Positions 23,232-33,729 of a DNA stretch of 43,525 nt are shown here, one piece after another; the first letter of the stretch is position 1; the number at the start of each line of letters is the position of its first letter. Source of the stretch: Thraustochytrium aureum. Lineage: Eukaryota. The position numbers and the translations under genes are program-made. The DNA is taken from positions 115,577 through 159,101 of the forward strand of contig BLSG01000257.1 in assembly GCA_012862495.1 (NCBI GenBank). Direction: 5' to 3'. Below the pieces are notes generated by a model. The model saw only the letters and a list, made by a program, of their open reading frames with translations, did no database searches and was not told the DNA's origin.

Positions 23232-24715
23232 CGCTGCGTTCCTTGTTGTAGAACCAAACGAAACGTCCTTCGGCAGACTGGAGGAGATCGCGGGCAGACC
23301 CTTTTTTTGTGTCCTGTTCGATTGTCTCAAGCCAGATTCGGTTCGTCCGTGGTTTGGGGTCTGTTCCCTGAGCTTGCGACAGAATGTTCAGACTCCGACG
23401 GTCACAAGCCCCAGCTTAGCCCTTGCGATAAACAAGAGTAGCAGAGCAGGTTTTCGACTTAGGCGCAAAAACAAGTTCAACGACTTGCCAGCGGTCGCAA
23501 ATTCGCAAACAAAATTTCAAACATCACAATCAACGGCCCGCCTCTTGAAGGCTATGATGAACCATGATGCCGGGTCACACGATGACATTCGCTTGCCCAG
23601 CCTCGGCCGTCGTTCTTCACAGCGCGGTAGAACCGCTGCGAAATGAATGTGTCGTTCTTCACATCTGGGCAAAAGATTCCGTTGGGATGCTCACCGTCAG
23701 ACGTTTGCCTTGTCAAACGTTTGCCTTGAAGTCGCTCATCTAGCTACAGAAAGGCTGGCTTTGGTTTTCTCTGCTGTCTTGCTACATGGGACAAACCACC
23801 ATCATGCATTTTCGGTTGCCGTTGGCCCACCAGCGAAAAACAACCAACTCGCGCTCCCAGAAATGAAACGGGCTCCTGAACTTGGCCCTCCCGCCTCTCG
23901 GACACCGCCTAGCTACAGGTCCTGTCGCCCAAGACACCGCCTGGATGGCCCGCTCGGAAGGTCGGCCAAGCGCAGCTTGCGTATCTCTCACGCTCCTTCT
24001 AGTAATGAATGTACCGCCGTACTCGACACGTCGCGAGGCTGCATTCCTTCCTCATCGAGCGGGGCGGATTGTGACTCGGTCAGGAGCACGGCGTTGACAA
24101 GAGCGCCTCGCAGAAAAAGGCAGGTTACATGTAAACCCCTCCGAGTGACTTTCAACCCGCTGCAGCAGCGGACCGTGTTAGGTGTTAGGCGGTGCAACAA
24201 TTGGCCGTCGACCCTGACCATGTTTTTGGCGCATTCCCAACGGCTCCCGAGTAGGCTTCCTCTTCTGAAGGATTTATGTCGGTTGAAGGCCGACTTGCCG
24301 CCTCGGAGGAAGCCGGGCTGCCTTGTCCTCCTCGGAGGAGGCCTGGTTGCCTTGCCCGGCCAGCTCAGAGCAGCATGCGGGACTTGCACCGTCGTTACTC
24401 AGGCTCGATCGCCCGAACATGAAGGCTTGTCATGTGGACCTGCTGGGAGGGAAGTCGAGGGGTTGAAGTTTGTTGGCCGCGTCGCTCGCCAACGTCGTTG
24501 AGTTTTCATTAGCTGAACGGAAAACTGGGAACGGTGTTTGGTTTCAGTGGCTTTGGGTTCGTGTTGAGTTGGGTACGTTTGCGACCCTTGTCGTGCGGCA
24601 CTTTGGAGGTGGCAAAGCACAACGCAACGCCAACGAAAGCGACCGCCATTCAAAAGTAAAGCAACGCTCTGCCTCGCAACCGGGCTTGCGACTGGCCGCC
24701 AGCATCACCAGAGCT

Positions 24716-25853
24716 TCAGAGCTTGGCTTGCACCTCAGGGCTGGCCAGGATCTCAACTTGCTCTTCCACGATCCGGGTGAGCATGAAAGCCACCCCTTTC
24801 TCGTAATAGGCAGCCTCGTTGACAAACATCGGGTAGTAAGCTTCTTCCTTGCGGAGGTTGCCGGGCAGTGCCGCCACGTCAAGCGTGACAGTACCCCCCG
24901 CGAGGTCGGAGAATATGGGGCTCCCGTGACGCAGAGTGTTCGCCGGGTTGAGCTCCGCCACGCCCTGCAGGGTCGGGTGGATGAACGCCGTAAGGCGGCC
25001 TTCGCTGTCCCGAGGATAGTCGATCTCGGCCACGCGGTACGCGACAGGGAGCGTGACCGAGATCACCTTGGCCGCTGACCTGGACGGGTCGCGAAGGTGC
25101 CTGTTGTGCATCTCGATGTAGTCGAGCGCATGCTTGATGATGTTCTTCGTGCGCTCGTACACCGCCGCACGAACCGTGCTGTGCGCAACAGGGCCGACTT
25201 CGACCGTCATCCCCTCCGCCCGATAGACGGCAGGAACGGCGGGTCGTCCTGGGGCCAGAACACGGTAGCGATCTCAGGGTCGGCAACCATCTTGAGGTAG
25301 GCNNNNNNNNNNNNNNNNNNNNNNNNNNNNNNNNNNNNNNNNNNNNNNNNNNNNNNNNNNNNNNNNNNNNNNNNNNNNNNNNNNNNNNNNNNNNNNNNNN
25401 NNNNNNNNNNNNNNNNNNNNNNNNNNNNNNNNNNNNNNNNNNNNNNNNNNNNNNNNNNNNNNNNNNNNNNNNGTCGTCTTTATGAAAGCAGAGAAGGACG
25501 CCGCAGTTGGCTGTCGTGTTGTGGAGGTCGAAGACAATGTCGGCGGCAGGGGCCTCGGAAAACTTTGGGCCCAACACGCCGTCGAGCTCGAGCGCGCGCT
25601 TCATTTCGTAAAAGCGCTGGTCCGCGGGCGTGGCGCGCGCCTTGTCCAGGAACTCCTTGTCGAAGCACCGGTTCAGATCGGTTGACACGTACCGGCGGTC
25701 AAGGCGGATGGCCTCGAGGTTGCTGAGGACGCAAGTCGTTTCAAAGCTCGGCCTGCGGACCACCTCTGGCTGGCTCTCAAAGTGCTGGATCATGTGCACG
25801 CCGGACCGCTCGTTTCCGTGCGTGCCGCCCACGATTGCGACCCGGCGCAGCAT
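24716..25853 (-). CDS. ASPA: Aspartoacylase (AstE/AspA family, M14-like zinc hydrolase)
   Basis: Motifs VAIVGGTHGNERSG, DLNRCF, DLHNTTAN, VEVGPVAH, IHPTLQG and YPMFVNEAAYYEK. Contains a gap and a homopolymer frameshift at ~25212. Confidence 0.9.
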
Positions 25854-26515
25854 CGAGCTAGGGTTGGTTCGCTTTGCGATCAGTGTGCGGATCGTCATTC
25901 CAAGCGGCTAGCGGAGAAATCGGCTGGCCTCGGCGTGCCTTTTCTGCAGCTCGCTCGCCGCGCTGAGCTTTCTTGCGCGCTCACGCGCGTTCGCCTCCCG
26001 CGCAGACTCGCGCCCCCGTCCGGACGGCCGCTCAGCCTGCGTGGAGCGCGAAGCTTAGGTAGGCTACTCGGCGCCCGTGGGCCGTGGGAGGATTGCCTTG
26101 TCGGAGCCCGGTCTCTGCCGCCAGCGGCCAGCGTGCGCCGCCGTCCCTCCGCGCTGCGCAGGCGATTCGATACTTGCGCGCCGCCTCTGCCGCTGCTGCT
26201 GGTCGCAGGCTGCGCTGTGCCTCTAGAGCTGACTGGTTTGGGCCGCTTGCCCGCAAAAGGCCGCGCAAGCAAGGTACTCTAGCTCTAGAGTGTGGACGCT
26301 TTCCCCAGTTGGTCGAGGCAAGCGCTGCGCCGTGGGGCCCGCCGCCGGTCGCGCAGGCCGGGGTGGCGGACCCTCTCTAGAGCTCAGGATTCGGGCGTCG
26401 GCGTCGCCAGGGTAGTCTAGTCGGTAGAGTACGTTAGAGTACGTTTCGTGTGTTTTAATTAAAACGAGGTGGCTGGGCCGCGTGCGCACAGTCGGCCGCC
26501 ACGCGCGCCCCGCAC

Positions 26516-27949
26516 TCAGAGGACCGGGTACGAGGCGGAGAGCAGGATCCCGCACTCGCCCCCGCGCACCTCCTTGCCGCGCTGCAGCAGGATGTAGCCG
26601 TTCATGCCGAACGACGGGCCCCACGAGTTCTTGACCTTCCAGTACTTGACCCCGTCCAGCGTGCCGTACCCGACAACGAGCACGCCGTGGTCAAGGCGGG
26701 CACCGCAGCCCGCGGTGAGCACGCCGCGCTTGTAGAACTGGAAGGCGAGCTGGTCGGCCTCGATGGCGACGGCGACGGGGCGCTTGGCAACAGCGGCCTC
26801 CAGCGCCTCCTCCGTGTGCTCGACGTCGACGATCTCCTTGGGGGCGCTGCCCTCGATCTTGCTGCACTTTTGGCAGGCCGCCTGGCGCCCGGTGCCGGAA
26901 ATGTACGGGTAGTCTTCCTCCGTGCAGAGGCCGCCGGCCTTTTGAATAAAGCGGTCCGCGTTGTCCATGAGGCCGCCGTTGCAGCCCTGGTCGACGTGGT
27001 CGCACGAAACGAGCTCCTGCTCGCTGAAGGAAACGAGCTTGCCCGTCTTGAGAAAATAGGCGCCCTCGAGCGCGCCGGTGGTGCTGAAGGCCCAGCACGA
27101 GCCGCAGCTGCCCTGGTTCTTGACCTCTGTCACGGCGCCCTTGGTGGTCCAGTCAATCTCGTCCGGGATGTCGGTCAGGCCCAGCGTCTGGACGTCTAGC
27201 GAGTAAAAGGTGTGGTTGCGCTTGCGGGCGACGGCCGAGTTGGCGCCGCCGGAGAAGCCGAACCTCTGCTGGGCAAACTCCTCCGGGGCGAGGTGAGCGA
27301 ACTCGTTGATGGTAAGCCAGTACGAGTTGTCCTGCTTGGCGTTGTGCGTGGCGACAGCCTGCAGGTTGTCGGCGAAGGCCTTGATGCGGTCAACCGTCTC
27401 GGCCGGCGAAAACTCGAGGCCGTACTCGCGAACGTATTGGTCAAACATGAACTCGAGCTCGTGCGCCGAGAGGCTTAGACGACCGGCAGAGACGCGGAGC
27501 TCGTGGTTGTTGGCCTCCTTGGAAACGCTCACGCCCTCGGCGTGGACGCAGCTCAGGAGGGCGCCGTTGTGGTCGTTGACGATGATCTTGAGCGTGGTCT
27601 GGAAGCCCGCCGGAACGTGCTCGGGCACGGTCAGGTGAAACCGGCTCTTGCTCTCGTGCTTGGCCTGCACGTGGCAGTCGGTCACGGCGCACAGCTCGAA
27701 CGTGTCCGAGGCCACCTTGACACCCTCCACGTCCAGCTCGACTCGGACCATGCCCTTGCCGACATACTTGTTTGGCACTTGGGTGACTTCGACCGCGATC
27801 CGCTCGCCGGCGATGACCACCTCGGGAAGCTCGATGTCCTTGATTCCAAAGTCGTTCAGCGAGTCGCTGCAGACCTCCACGGCAAAGCCTTGCGCCGAGC
27901 CGACCAGGGCGGCGGCCGCGGCTGCCACGCCAAACAGGGACTTGACCAT
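26516..27949 (-). CDS. Cathepsin L-like papain (C1A) cysteine protease with signal peptide, ML/NPC2-like domain and I29 propeptide
   Basis: Catalytic motifs QGSCGSCWAFS, LDHGVLVVGYG and YWKVKNSWG; ERFNIN-like propeptide with INEFAHL. The N-terminal ~130 aa is a Cys-containing beta-rich ML-like domain (EVCSD...FELCAVTDCHV...LLSCV). Confidence 0.92.
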   Translation of the reverse strand: MVKSLFGVAAAAAALVGSAQGFAVEVCSDSLNDFGIKDIELPEVVIAGERIAVEVTQVPNKYVGKGMVRVELDVEGVKVASDTFELCAVTDCHVQAKHESKSRFHLTVPEHVPAGFQTTLKIIVNDHNGALLSCVHAEGVSVSKEANNHELRVSAGRLSLSAHELEFMFDQYVREYGLEFSPAETVDRIKAFADNLQAVATHNAKQDNSYWLTINEFAHLAPEEFAQQRFGFSGGANSAVARKRNHTFYSLDVQTLGLTDIPDEIDWTTKGAVTEVKNQGSCGSCWAFSTTGALEGAYFLKTGKLVSFSEQELVSCDHVDQGCNGGLMDNADRFIQKAGGLCTEEDYPYISGTGRQAACQKCSKIEGSAPKEIVDVEHTEEALEAAVAKRPVAVAIEADQLAFQFYKRGVLTAGCGARLDHGVLVVGYGTLDGVKYWKVKNSWGPSFGMNGYILLQRGKEVRGGECGILLSASYPVL

Positions 27950-28319
27950 CGTGCTCGATCCGCCACTCCTGCTGCTGCTGCTGCTGTTGCTCGCTGGCTT
28001 GCTCGCGTGCTTGATGCTTGCTCTCGGCTCCCGCGCGCGTTTGGGGTCTGCCGGTCCTCTTGCCTGGCCGCCTGCCTGCCTGCCTGCCTGTCTGTCTGTC
28101 TGTTTGTCTGTCGCGTCTCGGCGAAAGGCGCGTTGGGTTGAGCACAGCTTCCTCCACCTTCGCGCATACTACTACCCTTTCCTCTAGCCCTCCACTACTC
28201 CCATACATACGGTACACGAGCCCAGAAAAATCTTTTTTCCAATCCCCGCCCTCCTCAGTACGAAAAACCGCTCAAGAGCGCAGGTTTCCAGGCTCTAAAG
28301 CGTCCGGGCTGCGTATCGC

Positions 28320-28480
28320 CCTCACAACGGAGGCGGCCGGTCCGTGAGGCGATCGGGCGAATCCCCAACGTCCTCGGATACCGGCACGCTTGTGCTGTGA
28401 GGTAAAGGAGCAAAGCCGCGGGATTCTCCGAGACGCGCAGGCGTTCGCTGTGAGGTGAAAGGAACTTTTGCGCGTGAGCC
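28320..28480. promoter_or_regulatory. Second CCTCACA/TGTGAGG motif cluster upstream of the cathepsin gene
   Basis: CCTCACA at 28320, CGTGAGG at 28343, TGTGAGG at 28396 and 28449. The last two share the context GCTGTGAGGT(G)AAAGGA. Confidence 0.45.
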
Positions 28481-28990
28481 TCTCCGTTTCGCCGCGCCGA
28501 AAAAGCGGAAGCCGTTAGAGAGCGCGCGGACTGGACTCGCTCCAGCGCCCGCGCGGGAGTGGGCGGCCAAGCATGCTTTCACAGGCGGCGCGCGGGCACT
28601 CGCAGATGACGACGCGGTCCGCGGGAGCGCCGCCGGGCGGCTCCAGCCCCACGGGACACCGCGCGCGGCAACCAGCGGCCTGCAGCGCGGCCGACGAGTC
28701 CGGTATGGGGACTGCGCGAAGAACTCTCCGCGCGCTCGATCGACGGCACAAAAGCTGCGTCGGCGAATTCGCATGTCTTCAGGACAACCTGCGCACAACC
28801 AAAGAGCGGACGGCGGACAGACAAGCGTCGGACACAGAGCGCGCGGCGAAGATGGGTGAACGCACGAACGGACTCGTCGCTCGCGCGTGGGTGGGTGTTC
28901 ATCGCTCGCGGATGGAGTTGGTCGCTCGCGGATGGTCTTCTTCGTTTGATTGCGCGACCGACCAGGCGAAGACCAGGTGGAGGCCACGCC

Positions 28991-29029
28991 ATGGACTTTG
29001 CGGCGCTGCTCGCCGAGGAGCGCCGCAAG
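28991..29029 (+). CDS. N-terminus of a gene mostly hidden in a gap (MDFAALLAEERRK...)
   Basis: GCCATGG start context and coding-like codons up to the gap edge. Identity cannot be determined. Confidence 0.35.
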
Positions 29030-30740
29030 GNNNNNNNNNNNNNNNNNNNNNNNNNNNNNNNNNNNNNNNNNNNNNNNNNNNNNNNNNNNNNNNNNNNNNN
29101 NNNNNNNNNNNNNNNNNNNNNNNNNNNNNNNNNNNNNNNNNNNNNNNNNNNNNNNNNNNNNNNNNNNNNNNNNNNNNNNNNNNNNNNNNNNNNNNNNNNN
29201 NNNNNNNNNNNNNNNNNNNNNNNNNNNNNNNNNNNNNNNNNNNNNNNNNNNNNNNNNNNNNNNNNNNNNNNNNNNNNNNNNNNNNNNNNNNNNNNNNNNN
29301 NNNNNNNNNNNNNNNNNNNNNNNNNNNNNNNNNNNNNNNNNNNNNNNNNNNNNNNNNNNNNNNNNNNNNNNNNNNNNNNNNNNNNNNNNNNNNNNNNNNN
29401 NNNNNNNNNNNNNNNNNNNNNNNNNNNNNNNNNNNNNNNNNNNNNNNNNNNNNNNNNNNNNNNNNNNNNNNNNNNNNNNNNNNNNNNNNNNNNNNNNNNN
29501 NNNNNNNNNNNNNNNNNNNNNNNNNNNNNNNNNNNNNNNNNNNNNNNNNNNNNNNNNNNNNNNNNNNNNNNNNNNNNNNNNNNNNNNNNNNNNNNNNNNN
29601 NNNNNNNNNNNNNNNNNNNNNNNNNNNNNNNNNNNNNNNNNNNNNNNNNNNNNNNNNNNNNNNNNNNNNNNNNNNNNNNNNNNNNNNNNNNNNNNNNNNN
29701 NNNNNNNNNNNNNNNNNNNNNNNNNNNNNNNNNNNNNNCCTGTGCTCCGAGCCGCTGCCGAAGCGCTGCCTACCGCCTGCTTGCGGCCTATCAAGACGCG
29801 GCTTTCACAGGTGTAAGCGCCTCCCAGCAGGCAGACCTGCCGTTAAGGCCCGCCTGCGGCTGCCCACCTCGCGCAACAGCCGACTGGGCGGAACCTATTA
29901 GCAGTTCAGTTTTTTTTCCCCGAGGTGACGTCACGCTGACGTGCCTCGACTCGTGCCGCCCGCCGCGCCCGCGCCAGAGTCCGCCCCGCAGGCGTCTCTC
30001 GAGGGCGGCCCGCCCCGCCCCAGGAACGCGACCTCCGGTATTCCCCGAGAGGAGGCTCTGCTGCAGCGAGACCCGCGCGTGACGCTGGCACCCCCAGGAA
30101 GAGCGCGCGGGGAATCCTAGTCCAGGCCAGGTCCACGGCTTCGCTGTTCCGCGCAGGCCGGGAGCTCGCCGCGAGTTGCGCCGAGTGGGCCTGCGGCCAG
30201 CAACGGCTCTGGAACGCGGCCGCGCGGGCAGAGGGACGCGCATGTTTTTTTGTGGCTTTGCGGCTGCGAGGCGGCCGCCCTCTGCCGGCACCGCGCCCGT
30301 TCAGAATTCGGCTCCAACTTCCCACGCACTGCCAAGCGAAGAGGCTACTCTACCCTGGCATCGAATCAACTCGACTTGTGCCCGAGGCGAGCGGGCCTGG
30401 CCGCGGCGCCGCTCCCTCCCTCCCTCCCTCCCTCTGTTCTGACGAATGAAAGCGCTGCCCGCCCGCGGCTCTGAACGAACGAGCCAGAAGCACAAAGAGG
30501 CTGCGCCGGTGGCCGAGCCGTGGACTCGCAGACTTCTCACACGAAGCGGTGGTGGGAGGTCGCTGCAGCTGTCGCTGATTGTTGTTGGGGCTTGTTGTTG
30601 CTGTCTTTGCCGCCGCCGCTGCTGCTGCTGCTGCTGCTGCTGTGCAACCCTTTCCGCTTGCGAGGGGCTGGTTCGACCGAGTTGTGTTATTGTGCCTCGA
30701 GCAGACCCAAGTCGAGACGCAGCGAGCGAGCCGCCAACGC

Positions 30741-30830
30741 AGAGCGCGAAAGAGCAGAGCGCGTAAGAGCAGAGCGCGACAGAGCAGAGCGCGACAGAGC
30801 AGAGCGCGTTAGAGCAGAGCAGAGCAGAGC
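30741..30830. repeat. 15-bp tandem repeat (AGAGCAGAGCGCGNN)n ending in (AGAGC)n
   Basis: Read directly upstream of the aminotransferase ATG. Confidence 0.85.
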
Positions 30831-30947
30831 AAGGCTGACAGCGAGGCGGCCAAGGCCCCGGCAACGAGCGCTGAAACGCACCGCAGGCGCGCTGGGCTCG
30901 ACGGGGACCGCTTGCTGCGTCAACGCTCCCGGCCGCACCCCGCGAAA

Positions 30948-32520
30948 ATGGCAGCGCCGACGCGAGTGGCGTGGAGGCAGCGCGCCGCGGCCGTGCGGCT
31001 GGCGAGCCGAGCGCTGGGCAGCAAGGCGGGCCTCGCTGCGGATGTCTCGCCGAACAGGATGGACAAGCACTCGGGCGGCGTGAGCTCGAAACCAAGCCTG
31101 ACGCTCGACTCGATGAACGAGAGGCTGAAGAACATGCAGTACGCCGTGCGCGGCGAAGTCCCACTGGCTGCTGCGCGCATGCAGCGCGAGATGGCCAAGG
31201 GCGCCTCCATGCCGTTTGACAAAATTCTCTACTGCAACATCGGAAACCCGCAGTCCGTGGGCCAACCGCACCTGACCTTTTACCGAAGCGTGATGGCGCT
31301 CGTGGACAACCCGCGCATGCTCTCGCCAGAGCACAGGACCGCGCTCCACAGCATGTTCGACGACGAGGAGATCGCGCGCGCAGAAGAAATCGTCAGATTC
31401 CTCGGCGAGGGCGGGTCTGGCGCGTACACCGACAGCCAGGGCGTGGCACAAATCCGCGAGCACGTGGCGCGATTCATCGAAGGCCGCGACGGGTACGCGT
31501 CCGACCCCGACTGCATCTTTCTGACGAGCGGTGCCTCGTCGGGCATCACCATGCTCCTCACGGCGGTAATTGCCCGGCCGGACGACGCTGTCATGATTCC
31601 CATCCCCCCAGTACCCTATTTACACGGCTCTCATCAACCTGCTCGGCGGCCAGCAAGCGGGCTACTTTCTCAACGAAGACGAGGCATGGTCGCTGCGCGA
31701 GGAGGAGCTCGAGCGATCGTTCGAGGACTCTGTGCGCGCTGGCAACCGCCCTCGCGCGATCGTCGTTATCAACCCGGGCAACCCGACAGGGAGCGTGCTC
31801 TCGTACGACGATCTGGCCACAGTGGTGCGCTTTTGCCACCGGCACAGCCTCGTGCTTCTCTCAGACGAGGTTTACCAGGACAATTGCTACAACCCCTCCG
31901 AGCGGCCCTTTGTGTCGTGCAAGAAGGTCGTCGGGGACCTCGGCCTTCCAGTTGAGCTTGCCTCCTTCCACAGCACGAGCAAGGGCTTTATCGGCGAGTG
32001 CGGCCGCCGCGGTGGGTACATGGAGCTCTGCAACTTTGACCCGGACGTCCAGGCGCAGATTGTCAAGCTCGCCTCCAGCAATCTATGCTCGAACACGAAC
32101 GGCCAGATCCTTACCGATCTCATGGTCCGCCCACCGGCCGGCGGCACTGCTGCGCAGGCTCGGTTTGAGGGGGAGAGGGACGCCATCCTTGGCCAGCTCG
32201 CGGAGAAGGCTTCGATGGTTCACGCCGCGCTGAACGAGATCCCGGGCGTGTCTTGCCAGCGCCTCGAAGGTGCCATGTACGCGTTTCCCAGGCTTGAGCT
32301 TCCACAGTCGTTCGTAGAGAAGGCGCGCCGCGCTGGCAAGAAACCGGATGCGCTTTATGCGCTCTCCCTGCTCGAAAAAACTGGCATCTGCACTGTGCCG
32401 GGCAGCGGGTTCGAGCAAGAGGCGGGCACGCACCACTTGCGCCTAACCTTTTTGCCACGCCGCGATGATCTGGCCAAGGCGCTCGACAGCTTTGCCAAAC
32501 ACCATCGCGAGATCTGCTAA
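30948..32520 (+). CDS. GPT: Alanine aminotransferase (class I PLP), probably mitochondrial
   Basis: Arg/Ala-rich transit-like N-terminus; motifs MQYAVRGE, CNIGNPQ, GAYTDSQG, VVINPGNPTG, DEVYQDN and PLP-Lys SFHSTSKGFIGECGRRGGY. An extra C at 31604-31609 splits IPIPQYPIY. Confidence 0.95.
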
Positions 32521-32977
32521 TCGTGCGAGACCTGATGTAATGCTCGTGGCGAACTCCGGCGGTTGGAAAGCACTTTTGGAATGAATCTTTGCATGAGCGT
32601 GCTAGGGGTTGTTGGGCGTGCGGAGCGGTCGGAGCATGTGCAGCAGCCATTCCGTTCCCCGTTCCGCTCTGGCGGCAAGGTGTGCGGTTGCGCGCCAACA
32701 CATTTTTTAATTTGAAGACAACAAGCTTTTTGCCAAACACCATCGCGAGATCTGCTAATCGTGCGAGACCTGATGTAATTCTCGTGGCGAACTCCGGCGG
32801 TTGGAAAGCACTTTTGGAATGAATCGTCTTTGCATGAGCGTGCTAGGGGTTGTTGGGCGTGCGGAGCGGTCGGAGCATGTGCAGCAGCCATTCCGTTCCC
32901 CGTTCCGCTCTGGCGGCAAGGTGTTGACACGAACGGTCGCGCGCCAACACATTTTTTAATTTGAAGACCACAAGCTT
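32488..32977. repeat. ~240-bp imperfect tandem duplication covering the last ALT codons and 3' UTR
   Basis: 32488-32723 is repeated at 32724-32977 with a few SNPs and indels; AGCTT occurs at the junctions. Confidence 0.9.
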
Positions 32978-33405
32978 GCTTGCGCACGTGCGCGCTTTGA
33001 CCCGGTCAAGGGCGCCCAGTTGCACTAGCGAGTATCTCGACTCAGTGTGATTCTCTTCGTCTTCTTCTTCTTCTCCTTCTTCTTCAACCTCTAACAAACT
33101 CTACAAAAGCGCATGCCGTCGTCGAGCTTTGCTTCATCAGAAACGTTCCATCCCTTACCCAAGACGCGCGCGGCCAAGATGGCCCATTGTATCGCCTGCT
33201 ACTTTAGCCCAGAGACCCGCCACGAACGTGTCCGAGGGGGCAACCCGCCTACAGAGCTCCGAACCCGCTTCGGCAAAGCGCCATCGCTGGCTTCGCGCAA
33301 CCGCAACGAAAGGCCCTATCACGAGCCTTGTCTATGAACTGTGAAAAGAGGCACCGCCCATGACTGAACGAGTCCGCCCGTCTCACTCGCGCTGCAGCAT
33401 GGCTG

Positions 33406-33729
33406 CTACGAGACGATGCAGCAACCACCACCACCTTGTGGGCCGCCGTCTGCCGGCGCAACCTTGTTGCCCTTTCCAGCTGGGGCATCGAATTCTCCAA
33501 CGTAATAGTCTTGCATGAGGTCGTTCGCGGTTTCACTATGCTTGACCTTCTTGAACTGCTTCGTTGCGTCTTTGCCGCCCATCGCAGTCAGTAGTCCAGC
33601 ACCCCCTGGATGGTCTTCGAGGTATTCCGTGATGTTGTACACTTTGCCGTCGATGGCAATCCAGCAGTCCGTCTCCGTGTTGTGCGCAGCCAGCGCTTCT
33701 GGTGTGATTTTCTCACCCTCGCCAGCCAT
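33406..33729 (-). CDS. Cytochrome b5 with C-terminal CaaX box (CCIVS), no TM anchor
   Basis: HNTETDCWIAIDGKVYNITEYLEDHPGG...GGKDATKQFKKVKHS contains both heme His ligands. The protein ends GGGGCCIVS*. Confidence 0.93.
   Translation of the reverse strand: MAGEGEKITPEALAAHNTETDCWIAIDGKVYNITEYLEDHPGGAGLLTAMGGKDATKQFKKVKHSETANDLMQDYYVGEFDAPAGKGNKVAPADGGPQGGGGCCIVS

Noticed and set aside
23330..24700. ORFs 23647..24501 and 23988..24389 as genes or a transposon remnant
   Set aside because: No recognisable domain or coding-like composition, and no terminal repeats were found.
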